A stretch of DNA of 64,000 nt. It comes from a virus. Its lineage: Duplodnaviria; Caudoviricetes. This document shows positions 18,155 through 27,485 of the stretch, one piece after another. The DNA lies in IMG/VR virus record IMGVR_UViG_3300006467_000134, positions 41,609 to 105,608 of that record; one strand, 5' to 3'. The notes under the pieces are model-generated. The model was not told the origin of the DNA, did not search any database, and worked only from the letters and a program-made list of their open reading frames with translations. Within the stretch, counting starts at the first letter, position 1. Every line of letters starts with the position of its first letter. The translations under genes were made by a program, and so were the position numbers.

Positions 18155-20320
18155 CTAAATATTACATATCTTCCTTAGTCGCCAACCATCAACAACGAAG
18201 CCTACAGGATCCGCACAAACTCCCAACGAAAATTGGATAGTAAAACTTGACCCTGTACATGTCCAGGTCTCACTGAAGTACGTTCGAGTTCCTGTATTCA
18301 GGATACCCTGCGAGCCAGTCTGACTATTGGTGTAGGTAATGGGCTGAATAATACCAGCACCACTTCCGAGAGGATGGATACCCGTGATTGGGTAAATCTT
18401 CTGAACGTAGCAATCAAAAATGTATTCATCACCAACACTGGCATCTGCGTGATTATACGTGCATTGGGGAGTGCCTGCACCTGATTGAGCAATCGTAAGT
18501 GTAAGATCCTGGAAGTTCACGAACTCAGTACTACTGGCATTACCAATAGTGAAGTAGGGATCTACTGATTGATATCCACCATTTCTGGCAGCAATCAAGT
18601 TACCACTAATGAGATCTCGTGTTCCGTCCAAACATGAAAAATCCTGCACTGTCAAATTCATAGTCAGGTCATGCGGTGCTGAGTAGTCCACTTGAATCCC
18701 GACCACCAAAGCAGTTACTTCTCGTCGCTCGATCTCGCTGGTTCCCATAGTGGTGAACGTTATCACGTCATTCAGACGTATGTCAGCAATATATGGCACT
18801 GTCAAGGACATGGTGGCATTATCAAGAAACAACTCCTGGTAACGCCTTTTAAGAATCCGAGTTAGCTTCTCAGGTGAGTCTGCATACTTGTTTGAAATAG
18901 TTTCAACTGTCCACCCACATTCACCTGTTTGGTTGTTATCCTTCAAGCTGGCCGTTACCGCCGTCGTTGGATTTGAACCAGGATTTAGTATTGGACGCTG
19001 CAATGGAAGCTGCCTTATGTTTTTCTGACCTGCTCCACCAGCAGGACCACCAATAAGATTACCGAGAGGTACAATAGGTGGTTTAGCAACTTTCTTGATC
19101 TCAAATTTGCGAGCAAGCTTATTTTCTTCCTCGATCTTCTGCTCTACCTTCGGAGGTGCAGCTGGAGGATTGACCATCTCACTAATACGCTTGACAGTGT
19201 TGGCCTCCATTTTCTTGGCCCTGTCGTTAACCGCTTCCTGGTGTGCTTGCCCAGTGGCTATACGGTTGTGTACCTGGTTAATGGCATTTTCGTAGGCCTT
19301 CAACCATTCTGGTGTTGCCTCTTTAGTTGGTCGAATCTGCCCAGTCAAACCAAGATTGATCAGCTCGTCGGAAACAAAGGTTCCATCTTTCTTACGAGCT
19401 TTGATTCTAGTAAGACCGTCTCCCAACACTGTTTGAGTATACAGATTGATGTCATCAGAAACTAACTCAACGTTCAAAAGATCTTTTTCGTTCGCTGAGA
19501 TGTTTGCGACTTGAATCTCCGGTGTCTTATTTCCAATACCAGAAATTACACGGGTGTTATAGTTTCCAGGTACGGACCCAAAACCGTTTGTGTTGTCCGC
19601 AGTTCTAGAGTCCGTCAGTACCTTGTACCCTGAGGAGGCTACTGCAGTATTTGCTCCAGTGCCATTGATCAAGTATGTATTCTGAGGACCAACAGATTTC
19701 TTGCTGACATAGATCGTCCACTCAGGTGGAATTACATGGTCTACAGAACTATTTTGATCCTTCCAATCACCAAACTCAATGTTGCCTCCCGCCTGTACAT
19801 ACATTGTTCCACCAGCTGCCTGGGCAAGCTGTTTTAATTCTTCCCAAGCAGACTCTCCGTCTACGCGAGTAGACAAAGTAAATGTGCTGGTAAGATTGTT
19901 GGTAACCAATGCCGAAGGAACACCAAGATATGTATCTAGGATTGTGTCAATCAGATCTGGGATCGAACTACTAAATATCTCAGTAGTCAGAGGAATCTGA
20001 TTCAATCTGAAATAGTAAGAGGACAGTTGAACTGTCAGCTGATCAGTGGTAGTATCTTGGTACTCGTCATAGGTACCAATCAAACCGGCGATCCAGCTCG
20101 GAGTGGTACTGTATAAATCGGCGTCTGGTGTTCCAGTAATATCCGATCCATACGTTTGTGTTGTCGGAAATTGGTAGACCAGGGGAACACAGGTATCATA
20201 ACATCCTGCATAGAACTGTCCACCTTGATTAGCAAGTACTACAGTTGCACTATAGTCGGAACTTAGTGACAAGGTTGCACTTGCTTTTATCAAATTGTCT
20301 TCAAGCTCAGTTAGGCTCAT
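18155..20320 (-). CDS. Tail tip / baseplate hub-like protein
   Basis: GESAWEELKQLAQAAGGTMYVQAGGNIEF and IRLNDVITF...VVGIQVDY hub-like segments; last gene of the virion operon. Confidence 0.6.
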   Translation of the reverse strand: MSLTELEDNLIKASATLSLSSDYSATVVLANQGGQFYAGCYDTCVPLVYQFPTTQTYGSDITGTPDADLYSTTPSWIAGLIGTYDEYQDTTTDQLTVQLSSYYFRLNQIPLTTEIFSSSIPDLIDTILDTYLGVPSALVTNNLTSTFTLSTRVDGESAWEELKQLAQAAGGTMYVQAGGNIEFGDWKDQNSSVDHVIPPEWTIYVSKKSVGPQNTYLINGTGANTAVASSGYKVLTDSRTADNTNGFGSVPGNYNTRVISGIGNKTPEIQVANISANEKDLLNVELVSDDINLYTQTVLGDGLTRIKARKKDGTFVSDELINLGLTGQIRPTKEATPEWLKAYENAINQVHNRIATGQAHQEAVNDRAKKMEANTVKRISEMVNPPAAPPKVEQKIEEENKLARKFEIKKVAKPPIVPLGNLIGGPAGGAGQKNIRQLPLQRPILNPGSNPTTAVTASLKDNNQTGECGWTVETISNKYADSPEKLTRILKRRYQELFLDNATMSLTVPYIADIRLNDVITFTTMGTSEIERREVTALVVGIQVDYSAPHDLTMNLTVQDFSCLDGTRDLISGNLIAARNGGYQSVDPYFTIGNASSTEFVNFQDLTLTIAQSGAGTPQCTYNHADASVGDEYIFDCYVQKIYPITGIHPLGSGAGIIQPITYTNSQTGSQGILNTGTRTYFSETWTCTGSSFTIQFSLGVCADPVGFVVDGWRLRKICNI

Positions 20321-21855
20321 AGGTCGTACCTCGGATTACGAAAGTCTTTACAGAAGACTTTAACGTCGGCATATTTTTGAAGATCGTATCGTGGGACAAA
20401 CATGTTAAATGTTGTCTGAAGTGGTTCGGCTGGATCATCCCAATCTTGAACATTGTTGTAAACCAAAACTACCCAAGAGAATCTACTGGCTTGCTTTAGG
20501 ATCCTCCGACGCTCGTCACTTGGCTTACTGCGAAAATCAGTAAGTACCAGAACTTCTCCTGTAACTGAGCCTAGTTGTTTGGTTTGAGTTACTGAGTAGT
20601 CTTGTACTTTCAGAGCCTCAGTTAAAGGACCGGTATCGTAACAAACAATGCCTTTTCCTAATTCAAGAATCTGATTCGCCGGTGCAACAGAGTTATCTAG
20701 TGTCCTGATTGACTGTACTGACCCTTTTACAAAGCCATTTACATCTTTCTCGATGAAGCTTAACCATTTAGGACCCACGCTCTCAATGCGAAAACGTCTG
20801 TCGTTCCATAAAGGGGTTCTGGTTCTTTGTAGATGCTGAACCATAGTGTACATACGATTAAGAGTTTCCTCGACACTGACGATCTGGTAGTAGGAGTTGT
20901 GCCGATAGGATAGATGATCGATTGGAACAAACGTTCCTTGTGGATCAATCTCCATGAAGACTCCAAGTGCTGGTACTACCTGAGGTAGTCCTATCAATCG
21001 AGACTCCAAATAGGAAACACCAAACCCTTCCCCTGCGGTAAGATTTAAGGTTGCATCACTTAATTTGTAGAGCTCAATCAAATCCTCTTTAGGGAGACTC
21101 TGAGGAATCAAAGTAAACTTGTCTTCTACTCCAAAAGTCTTAACCGCCCGAGAAACATTAAACGAGTCTGGAGTGACTCGATCATGACATCTTCCAAGGT
21201 AACGAACATTATCGTAACCTAAACCAGCGAGAGCTTGAAGAGCTAGATCCCAATGTTTCCGCCAGTAGTTGGCATTTACATTCACAAAAATATAGTCTTC
21301 CGGACGAAGATCTACCTTTAATTTGTCAGACCACTTTTCACGCAGCTCAGCTACTTCGTTGTGGTCATACTTAGTGAAGGCAAACTCAGGATCAGCCATG
21401 TGATAGGCAACCCGGTTTGTTGGAAAGATATCCTTCCAAAGATCCGCGGCAAACTTGCTCATGTGGATCACGGAATTGGGTCGAAGAGACTTTCCATAGG
21501 TATTTGCATATTGGCTGTAGTTATCAGTTGAAACTCCCTCAAACGCCCACCAATAGTACACAGGGCAATTGTGCATTACTTCATTCATTTCAAACAACTT
21601 AACCGTTGTCCAGCTACCAGCCAACACAATTACTGCATCTGGTTGTAGGTTTCGAATCTCCGATTCAACCTCGAATGAGTCATTGATATCATTTAGTAGG
21701 GTAATATCGTATCCCTCTCGCCCACAATTACCAAGATTATAGGTAAGGTAATGACATTGGTGTCCTTGGGAAACAAAATAATCCCCAAGCAGCTGGGCCT
21801 GATGACCGAAGCCGGTGGGGATCTTTGGGCTGTCTGAAACAAATACAATCTTCAT
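20317..21855 (-). CDS. Glycosyltransferase family 4 (GT-B)
   Basis: KIVFVSDSPKIPTGFG, VNANYWRK, LIELYKLSD, GEGFGVSYLES. Confidence 0.88.
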   Translation of the reverse strand: MKIVFVSDSPKIPTGFGHQAQLLGDYFVSQGHQCHYLTYNLGNCGREGYDITLLNDINDSFEVESEIRNLQPDAVIVLAGSWTTVKLFEMNEVMHNCPVYYWWAFEGVSTDNYSQYANTYGKSLRPNSVIHMSKFAADLWKDIFPTNRVAYHMADPEFAFTKYDHNEVAELREKWSDKLKVDLRPEDYIFVNVNANYWRKHWDLALQALAGLGYDNVRYLGRCHDRVTPDSFNVSRAVKTFGVEDKFTLIPQSLPKEDLIELYKLSDATLNLTAGEGFGVSYLESRLIGLPQVVPALGVFMEIDPQGTFVPIDHLSYRHNSYYQIVSVEETLNRMYTMVQHLQRTRTPLWNDRRFRIESVGPKWLSFIEKDVNGFVKGSVQSIRTLDNSVAPANQILELGKGIVCYDTGPLTEALKVQDYSVTQTKQLGSVTGEVLVLTDFRSKPSDERRRILKQASRFSWVVLVYNNVQDWDDPAEPLQTTFNMFVPRYDLQKYADVKVFCKDFRNPRYDL

Positions 21856-21859
21856 GTTT

Positions 21860-22087
21860 TTACCAACGGTTGTCTGGGCAGGATTCGCTTTTCAAAGTAG
21901 TCTTTTCCGGAAGGTAGCACCAACATTCACCACATCGGTCTTCTACACGTAGATCACATGCTGAGCATTTTGCCAGGCGGCTGGCTTGTTCAGGAACAGT
22001 TGCTCGTTCATATCCCGACTGCATTGCTCTCCATTGAGCTTTCAAACATCGGAAGGGTCCAATAAAGATGAAGGATAACCAGCTCAT
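21860..22087 (-). CDS. Small Cys-rich protein (DUF6171-like)
   Basis: RLAKCSAC...RCGECWCYL..K......CP..RW. Confidence 0.7.
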   Translation of the reverse strand: MSWLSFIFIGPFRCLKAQWRAMQSGYERATVPEQASRLAKCSACDLRVEDRCGECWCYLPEKTTLKSESCPDNRW

Positions 22088-22338
22088 TTAGGCAGACTCC
22101 CTTTTGGGGTACAGTCCTCACATGAATCACAAATGCGAAGATCCTTGTCATTTGGTGGTGCGTGTGTAGCACATCGAAGCTGATATAGTGCACAGTCATA
22201 GACGTATTCTCTGTAGCGAGATCCACCACAAGTACAGCCTTTTCCATTAGGCCTATAGCGTGATGGATCTTTTTTGCTACGATAAATACAAGAGTTGATC
22301 TCTTTATCTGTAAAACCGTTTGGGTTCTCTTTACTCAT
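22084..22338 (-). CDS. Small Cys-rich protein
   Basis: Eight Cys in ~84 aa (CIYR, CTCGG, VYDC, C, CDSCEDC); start 22338 coupled to the upstream stop. Confidence 0.6.
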   Translation of the reverse strand: MSKENPNGFTDKEINSCIYRSKKDPSRYRPNGKGCTCGGSRYREYVYDCALYQLRCATHAPPNDKDLRICDSCEDCTPKGSLPK

Positions 22339-22612
22339 TCTTGTTCCTATATCCGAGTTTGTAGAGAATTTCGGCCAGCACTTTGCCGGCATCATCAATT
22401 GCTTCCTCGTCTAGATCCCAAAAGCAGGCGTGTAGAATTTCATGGCATATTACCTCAAGTTTTTCTTCACCTTTGAGGTCCTTGTCTATTTGGATCTTAC
22501 GTGGATATTTTTTCGTAGGTTTATCACAAACTCCCTTAACCTTCTCATTTTCATGATGAAGGTCCTTGACGAACTTTAAAATATACGCTTTTCCTCTTAC
22601 TCGAATTCGCAT
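22331..22612 (-). CDS. Small HEXXH zincin-like protein
   Basis: G.CD...IQID...VICHEILHACFW..DEE. Confidence 0.7.
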   Translation of the reverse strand: MRIRVRGKAYILKFVKDLHHENEKVKGVCDKPTKKYPRKIQIDKDLKGEEKLEVICHEILHACFWDLDEEAIDDAGKVLAEILYKLGYRNKNE

Positions 22613-23478
22613 GGCCGAAGATCCTCAGGATTCAAACTGTGCTTTAGCTGTATAATCCGTTGGTGTTCGTCATGTTCCATATCCAAAGTAGAGGCATAAT
22701 AGGGAGAGTCGTCCATCCAACAAACAATGGGGTTGCTGTCCTCAGGTGTTGGCGGAACTCCATATTCAGCTCTTGTGTAGTTCAATGCTGATAGTCCTTC
22801 CATCATTCTTAATACGGGGAGCCATCGCTTATACATCGACTTGTATTCGCGAACTGCGTCCAACCATAAAGTCCAGTACTTCAGGAATTGTTTGTGAGCT
22901 GCCTTTGCTTTCTCGTTATACTCTTGGTGCATTGGACCTACCGTAGAGTCTCTCTTGGTCGCCCATTTGATTCTCTCCGATTCCCACTTATCCATCAAAG
23001 GTTTATTCTGGCGAATACGGTCTCCTATTTTCTTTAGTGGAGGTAGTGGCCAATATTGTCGTCCAAGAGGTCCATACTTCTGTATAAATCTCTTAGCTTC
23101 GTTGGGGCACATGAACTTCTGCCGGCTGGCATTTGGGTGCATCAAGCAATTGTATGATGTTGATGCCGCATGTCCCCAAGCACAGAATTTAGGATTTCCC
23201 CACAAGTGGCAAAACTCGTGGGGCATTGCATTGAAAGTCCACCAATCCGCTGATATCTTTCTGGTAGTGTCAAACCAAATATGGTTTTGATAGGTTGCTG
23301 CCGCCCACTTACCAGAAGGATATCCGGAAATAGTAAACTCAGGTTGACTTGAGTACACGAATCGAACATTCGCCAAGTTGGACAAGACATCCAATCCTCG
23401 TCGAATATGACTATAGGTTTGTTGTTGGGTATGTCCCTTAGTATTAAAGGGATACCAGGCAAACTTGATAACGGTCAT
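22597..23478 (-). CDS. Metzincin (matrixin-like) zinc metallopeptidase with helical C-terminus
   Basis: HEFCHLWG...WGH plus Met-turn CLMHP; preceded by WAAATY..HIWFD. Confidence 0.65.
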   Translation of the reverse strand: MTVIKFAWYPFNTKGHTQQQTYSHIRRGLDVLSNLANVRFVYSSQPEFTISGYPSGKWAAATYQNHIWFDTTRKISADWWTFNAMPHEFCHLWGNPKFCAWGHAASTSYNCLMHPNASRQKFMCPNEAKRFIQKYGPLGRQYWPLPPLKKIGDRIRQNKPLMDKWESERIKWATKRDSTVGPMHQEYNEKAKAAHKQFLKYWTLWLDAVREYKSMYKRWLPVLRMMEGLSALNYTRAEYGVPPTPEDSNPIVCWMDDSPYYASTLDMEHDEHQRIIQLKHSLNPEDLRPCEFE

Positions 23479-23479
23479 G

Positions 23480-23605
23480 CTAATTTCCAAAAAGAACTGC
23501 AAATATCTGGTCTGGGTTACCAACGTTGATAACACCGTATGCAATGGCGAGCATGATCAATATCGTGATACTAAGTGGTGATCTGGAAATTCTTTCTTCG
23601 TCCAT
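23480..23605 (-). CDS. Unannotated 41-aa membrane peptide
   Basis: MDEERISRSPLSITILIMLAIAYGVINVGNPDQIFAVLFGN*; fills the gap before ATG 23478. Confidence 0.4.
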   Translation of the reverse strand: MDEERISRSPLSITILIMLAIAYGVINVGNPDQIFAVLFGN

Positions 23606-24800
23606 CGCTTGGGAAAGTATGGAGCTCGAACTGCTCGTACTTCAAAGTGAGGTACTCTTGGGGATTTGTTCGGTCGTCCAGCAATTTCACACGCGATACA
23701 TCTGGGCAAATGCGTAGCCATCCTTTATTGTCTGTTAGTACAATAAGAGCTGACTCTAAACTAGAATCCAAGTTAGGCAAGGCTCGTCCACGACGGGTAA
23801 GAGAATCGCCAGATGGTTCAACTCCATCATCTGAGGTGCGGAAATTTTGTAGTGCTTTGGTGCGTAACCAATCTTGGATAGTTCGGTGTGGTCGGCGGTT
23901 GTAAGGACCTTTGAGAAACAAATCACGGAACTTATCAAGATCTTGTTCAATGGTTCGGTATACTTGTGCAGACAGGCTGTAAGCTCTTAGATCCTCAGTA
24001 AAGGTTACCTTTACTACATCTGCGTAATCTTTATCGGTCTTTAGATTACCCGTCCATCCTTGGATAATTCCAATATTACTGTCTGCCGCTTTCCGTACCT
24101 GGCGAATGTATTGTGGCAAATTCACAGCCACTTCCATATTGGCATCCAAGACAGTGACCTCTTTATACCCTTGATTGAACAGCTCTTTTAAGCTGTGGAG
24201 TAGCAAGCGGCCATGACCAATGTCCTTGACTTTAAAAACTTGCATCCCGTGCTGCTCGGCATAACCAAGTAGTTCGGATTGTCGAGCTTCTGTGTAGGGG
24301 CTCTTTGAGTCAATGATGGCTACCGCGGCAACGTCAACACCTTTAAATCTTGCCACATCATCCAATGTAGTGTGTGTTGTAGGAAGTGACTCAATCAGTA
24401 CCAAAACGGCATGATCATGCTTTTTCTTCATCGGTAGAGGATCCTCTAACAGATGATAGTTGAACTCAATCGGGGGAGCGTCCTTGTATTTGAAGGATTC
24501 TCCAGTAGCATCATCGAGCCGGCGATGTCCCTTCCAAGGTTCCTTGTCCTTTGGAATTAGACGCACTTCTGCCAGAGAGGATCGTCCAACAAATTCAGCA
24601 TCTTTGTCCCAATAAAGCATAACGAATTTGTAGGTATTACCCTTGAAAAACTTTAGCTTTGGCCGCTCGTTAGGATCATTAGTGTACTCGTAACGATCCA
24701 CTTCACCCAGCTCATCTTTAACTTCGCCTTCACCTAGGACAACATCCCGGGCACCAATCAATGTTTGTAGTTTGTATTCTTCTGTTTTCAGTTCGGACAT
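23571..24800 (-). CDS. Hypothetical protein, possibly a degenerate GT-A-like domain
   Basis: Lies inside the glycosyltransferase cluster; ELFNQGYKEVTVLDANMEVA resembles the GT-A core but lacks a clean DxD. Confidence 0.5.
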   Translation of the reverse strand: MSELKTEEYKLQTLIGARDVVLGEGEVKDELGEVDRYEYTNDPNERPKLKFFKGNTYKFVMLYWDKDAEFVGRSSLAEVRLIPKDKEPWKGHRRLDDATGESFKYKDAPPIEFNYHLLEDPLPMKKKHDHAVLVLIESLPTTHTTLDDVARFKGVDVAAVAIIDSKSPYTEARQSELLGYAEQHGMQVFKVKDIGHGRLLLHSLKELFNQGYKEVTVLDANMEVAVNLPQYIRQVRKAADSNIGIIQGWTGNLKTDKDYADVVKVTFTEDLRAYSLSAQVYRTIEQDLDKFRDLFLKGPYNRRPHRTIQDWLRTKALQNFRTSDDGVEPSGDSLTRRGRALPNLDSSLESALIVLTDNKGWLRICPDVSRVKLLDDRTNPQEYLTLKYEQFELHTFPSDGRRKNFQITT

Positions 24801-25495
24801 CTTGGTTCCTGAATAAGTTTGGTGTATAGTTCGTAGGTCAGGTCATCAAAAACTGGGGCGATCACACTTACAGGCTTTCGGTACTGTGGTTGATGCTTGC
24901 TATACTCCACAGAACTGGAATGCCTGGCATGTGTGTCTTGCCAGCGGTACAGGTATGAAGGACAGGTAAGCTCTGGTTCCTGGTGTTTGGTTAGATCGGA
25001 GATAAACTGCAGATCGAAGCTACTGGCGGTTGACCAATATCCTACATGACCCATAGCTCCTCTGGAAACAACCAAGGTTCCATGGAAACGTCCTTTAGTG
25101 TTCTCTTCCAACCAGTAAGTACCGTCTGGTTTGTCATAGGTGGTCCAAATCTTACCACATTTTGACCAACCGTCTTTATTCTTACTGGCCGCCTCTACTC
25201 CCTGGCTCAAATGCCAAGGAAGATAGAGATCGTCGTCGTCCCAAAGAGCAAAGTAATTCCAAGCAGTTGGCATTACCTTCAACATGTGCATGTACTTCTC
25301 ACCGAGACTTGGGAATCTAGTGGAAGTGCTGAGTAACGCCCAGTTATCGCCTTTTTGCTCGGGGTAGTTACCCTGGTCATCGAGAATTAGCAAATACTTG
25401 TCCTGGTAGTCCTGAGCTAGGAACATTGCCAAGGTATTTTGAATCATCGATGGGTGACGCCCATAGGTGGGGCATAAGCAAACGACTTTACTCAT
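24788..25495 (-). CDS. Glycosyltransferase family 2
   Basis: VCLCPTYGR, LLILDD, SLGEK, ALWDDDDLYLPWHL. Confidence 0.88.
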   Translation of the reverse strand: MSKVVCLCPTYGRHPSMIQNTLAMFLAQDYQDKYLLILDDQGNYPEQKGDNWALLSTSTRFPSLGEKYMHMLKVMPTAWNYFALWDDDDLYLPWHLSQGVEAASKNKDGWSKCGKIWTTYDKPDGTYWLEENTKGRFHGTLVVSRGAMGHVGYWSTASSFDLQFISDLTKHQEPELTCPSYLYRWQDTHARHSSSVEYSKHQPQYRKPVSVIAPVFDDLTYELYTKLIQEPRCPN

Positions 25496-27476
25496 AGTAC
25501 CAGGCTTCCTCTTTGGCAATAGTCTTGCGAGCTCGCTTAATACACTTTTTGATCATTCTAGTAATCTGTCCAGATTGATCAGCAAGCCAGAAAGCTTTTT
25601 GCTTTTTCATTTTCTCGGCATTATTCTTGAGCTGCTCCCGGATTACCTCGATGTTCTCTTCACACCAGTTAGGACCCATTCGATCCATGTGAGCTGCAAA
25701 CTTATTGCAGGAACAGTTAGCTCCTGGCTTCATACCAAAAAACTCCAGGTACTTTTTCAATTCAGTGCCCGGTCCATAACCTGGTGTCCAAGGACGAATT
25801 GGTTCCTGTGGTTTTAATTCTGGTACTTTAGACAGTACAGTCATTCCGCCCTGTTGTGGCACATGATCAACAATAAACCAGTCTGTTTTCCTAATCCAAG
25901 GTTCGATAGCGTGACGTACACCAGGTAGATGATTATCACCTACTTTAGGTCCTCGTTCGCCATAATCTTGAGTACCATGAATGAAGATGAACTTGTTTAC
26001 CTTATCGCCATGCTTGTTCAAACAGGCTGACAGATATCCAGCGTCGGAGCGAACATCCAAGTACAAAAGGTCACATTGTTCGATCTCGGTTTCTACCGCC
26101 TCTCCAGACTCAAAGTTGTGACCCTCCATACCTGCGAACTCAAGCTTGAATTTCCAGTTAGGATCGTTCTTGAGAATCACGTTGTAGCTTGGGTCAAGCT
26201 CTGTCTGGAAGCTGTGTAGGAACTCAGCATCCTCGGGCAGCGAGCCAGCAAAAGCCAAAGTACTCTCTCGAATGTTTGAGAACTCCGTAACACTCTTGCT
26301 CATCTCGGTGTATCGTTTGATAGCACCAAAATGATCTCTGAGGTACCTAGGCTTTTTCTCCATCCAAGGAATTAGCTCAGAGAGCTTGGTACTTGGAGGC
26401 GGACCCTCTTGAGGTGTGCGGTGGCACTTACCTACAGTCTCCGTAGCCCCGAGAGGCTTGTTGACGTTGATTGGGTCTTGGGCAATAGTGTTCCACTGAA
26501 TCAAAGGAAGCTTTCGCTCATTGATAAAGTGGTGACGCATAGTGGTAGTGTCAAGTCCCAGTTCCTGCCACTCGATCATGTAGTTTCGTACACGATTGTA
26601 CTGAGTGTTGGGAAATGGAGTCTTGCTAGTCTTGCCACGGAATCGATGAAACCACTTGAAGGACGAAAGACAGACAGCCCGCTTACCAGCCTGCCTGAAT
26701 TTCTCGTGCATATAGAACTCTTCGCCGCCGAAACCATCCACATGGGGATTGAAGCCTTCCCAGTGCTCTTTACGACATGCAAATAAGCCCATCCCCATAG
26801 AGGGAATCTCAAAGACTTCTGCAACCGAGTCAGTCTTTACAAGACCAAAATCATGCAGGTTTGCGGGACTAATATCCTTGGGAATAATTCTCCCATCTAG
26901 TTCCTCCAGGGGCGGCTGGGTTTGGCAGTCGTGAAATATGTTCCACAATCGCCATTGCTGTGGCTCTCCCTGTGGTGTGGGAATGCGAACACAGGCAACG
27001 TCCGTCTCCCCGTCAGGGAAGCGATAAGCCTGTGCCCATCGTCCGTACATCTCGTTTGACCAGATGCCTTGGAAGTGAGTTTCTCCGCGAACACCCGGAT
27101 CGTAGACAAGAGGACCTTGTACAAGATCAGAGCATTCTGGGTTTGACAGATACTTTATAGCATCCAGCAATCCAGAGAAACTGACAGAGACGTGGCAGTC
27201 CATGACTACCACAATCTCTCCAGTTGCTTGCTCAAACACCATGTTCTTTGCCTTGAAGGCACTCTGTTTGGCCAGAGGAACATAGTGAACATCAGGAAGA
27301 CCTGAAATCCAATTCTTCAGGTCTTTACCCTCTTCCTTTGAAGGGTTGTTGTCAACGACAATATACTCCACTTCAAAATCCTGCGGGTTGTCCATGAAAC
27401 ACATTCGCATGTGCTGTAGCGTACCCCAGACTCCGTCGAAGTCGTCATAGGTCGCCATTCCAATCGTTACTTTCAT
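25488..27476 (-). CDS. Fusion of a glycosyltransferase family 2 domain, a class I SAM methyltransferase-like domain and a Cys-containing C-terminal domain
   Basis: TIGMATYDD, IVVDNNP, VVMDCHV, GFGGEE; CDLLYLD...NKFIFIHGT (Methyltransf_24-like); GPGTELKK...CSCN...MDRMGPNWCEEN. Confidence 0.8.
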   Translation of the reverse strand: MKVTIGMATYDDFDGVWGTLQHMRMCFMDNPQDFEVEYIVVDNNPSKEEGKDLKNWISGLPDVHYVPLAKQSAFKAKNMVFEQATGEIVVVMDCHVSVSFSGLLDAIKYLSNPECSDLVQGPLVYDPGVRGETHFQGIWSNEMYGRWAQAYRFPDGETDVACVRIPTPQGEPQQWRLWNIFHDCQTQPPLEELDGRIIPKDISPANLHDFGLVKTDSVAEVFEIPSMGMGLFACRKEHWEGFNPHVDGFGGEEFYMHEKFRQAGKRAVCLSSFKWFHRFRGKTSKTPFPNTQYNRVRNYMIEWQELGLDTTTMRHHFINERKLPLIQWNTIAQDPINVNKPLGATETVGKCHRTPQEGPPPSTKLSELIPWMEKKPRYLRDHFGAIKRYTEMSKSVTEFSNIRESTLAFAGSLPEDAEFLHSFQTELDPSYNVILKNDPNWKFKLEFAGMEGHNFESGEAVETEIEQCDLLYLDVRSDAGYLSACLNKHGDKVNKFIFIHGTQDYGERGPKVGDNHLPGVRHAIEPWIRKTDWFIVDHVPQQGGMTVLSKVPELKPQEPIRPWTPGYGPGTELKKYLEFFGMKPGANCSCNKFAAHMDRMGPNWCEENIEVIREQLKNNAEKMKKQKAFWLADQSGQITRMIKKCIKRARKTIAKEEAWYYE

Positions 27477-27485
27477 TATCTAATC

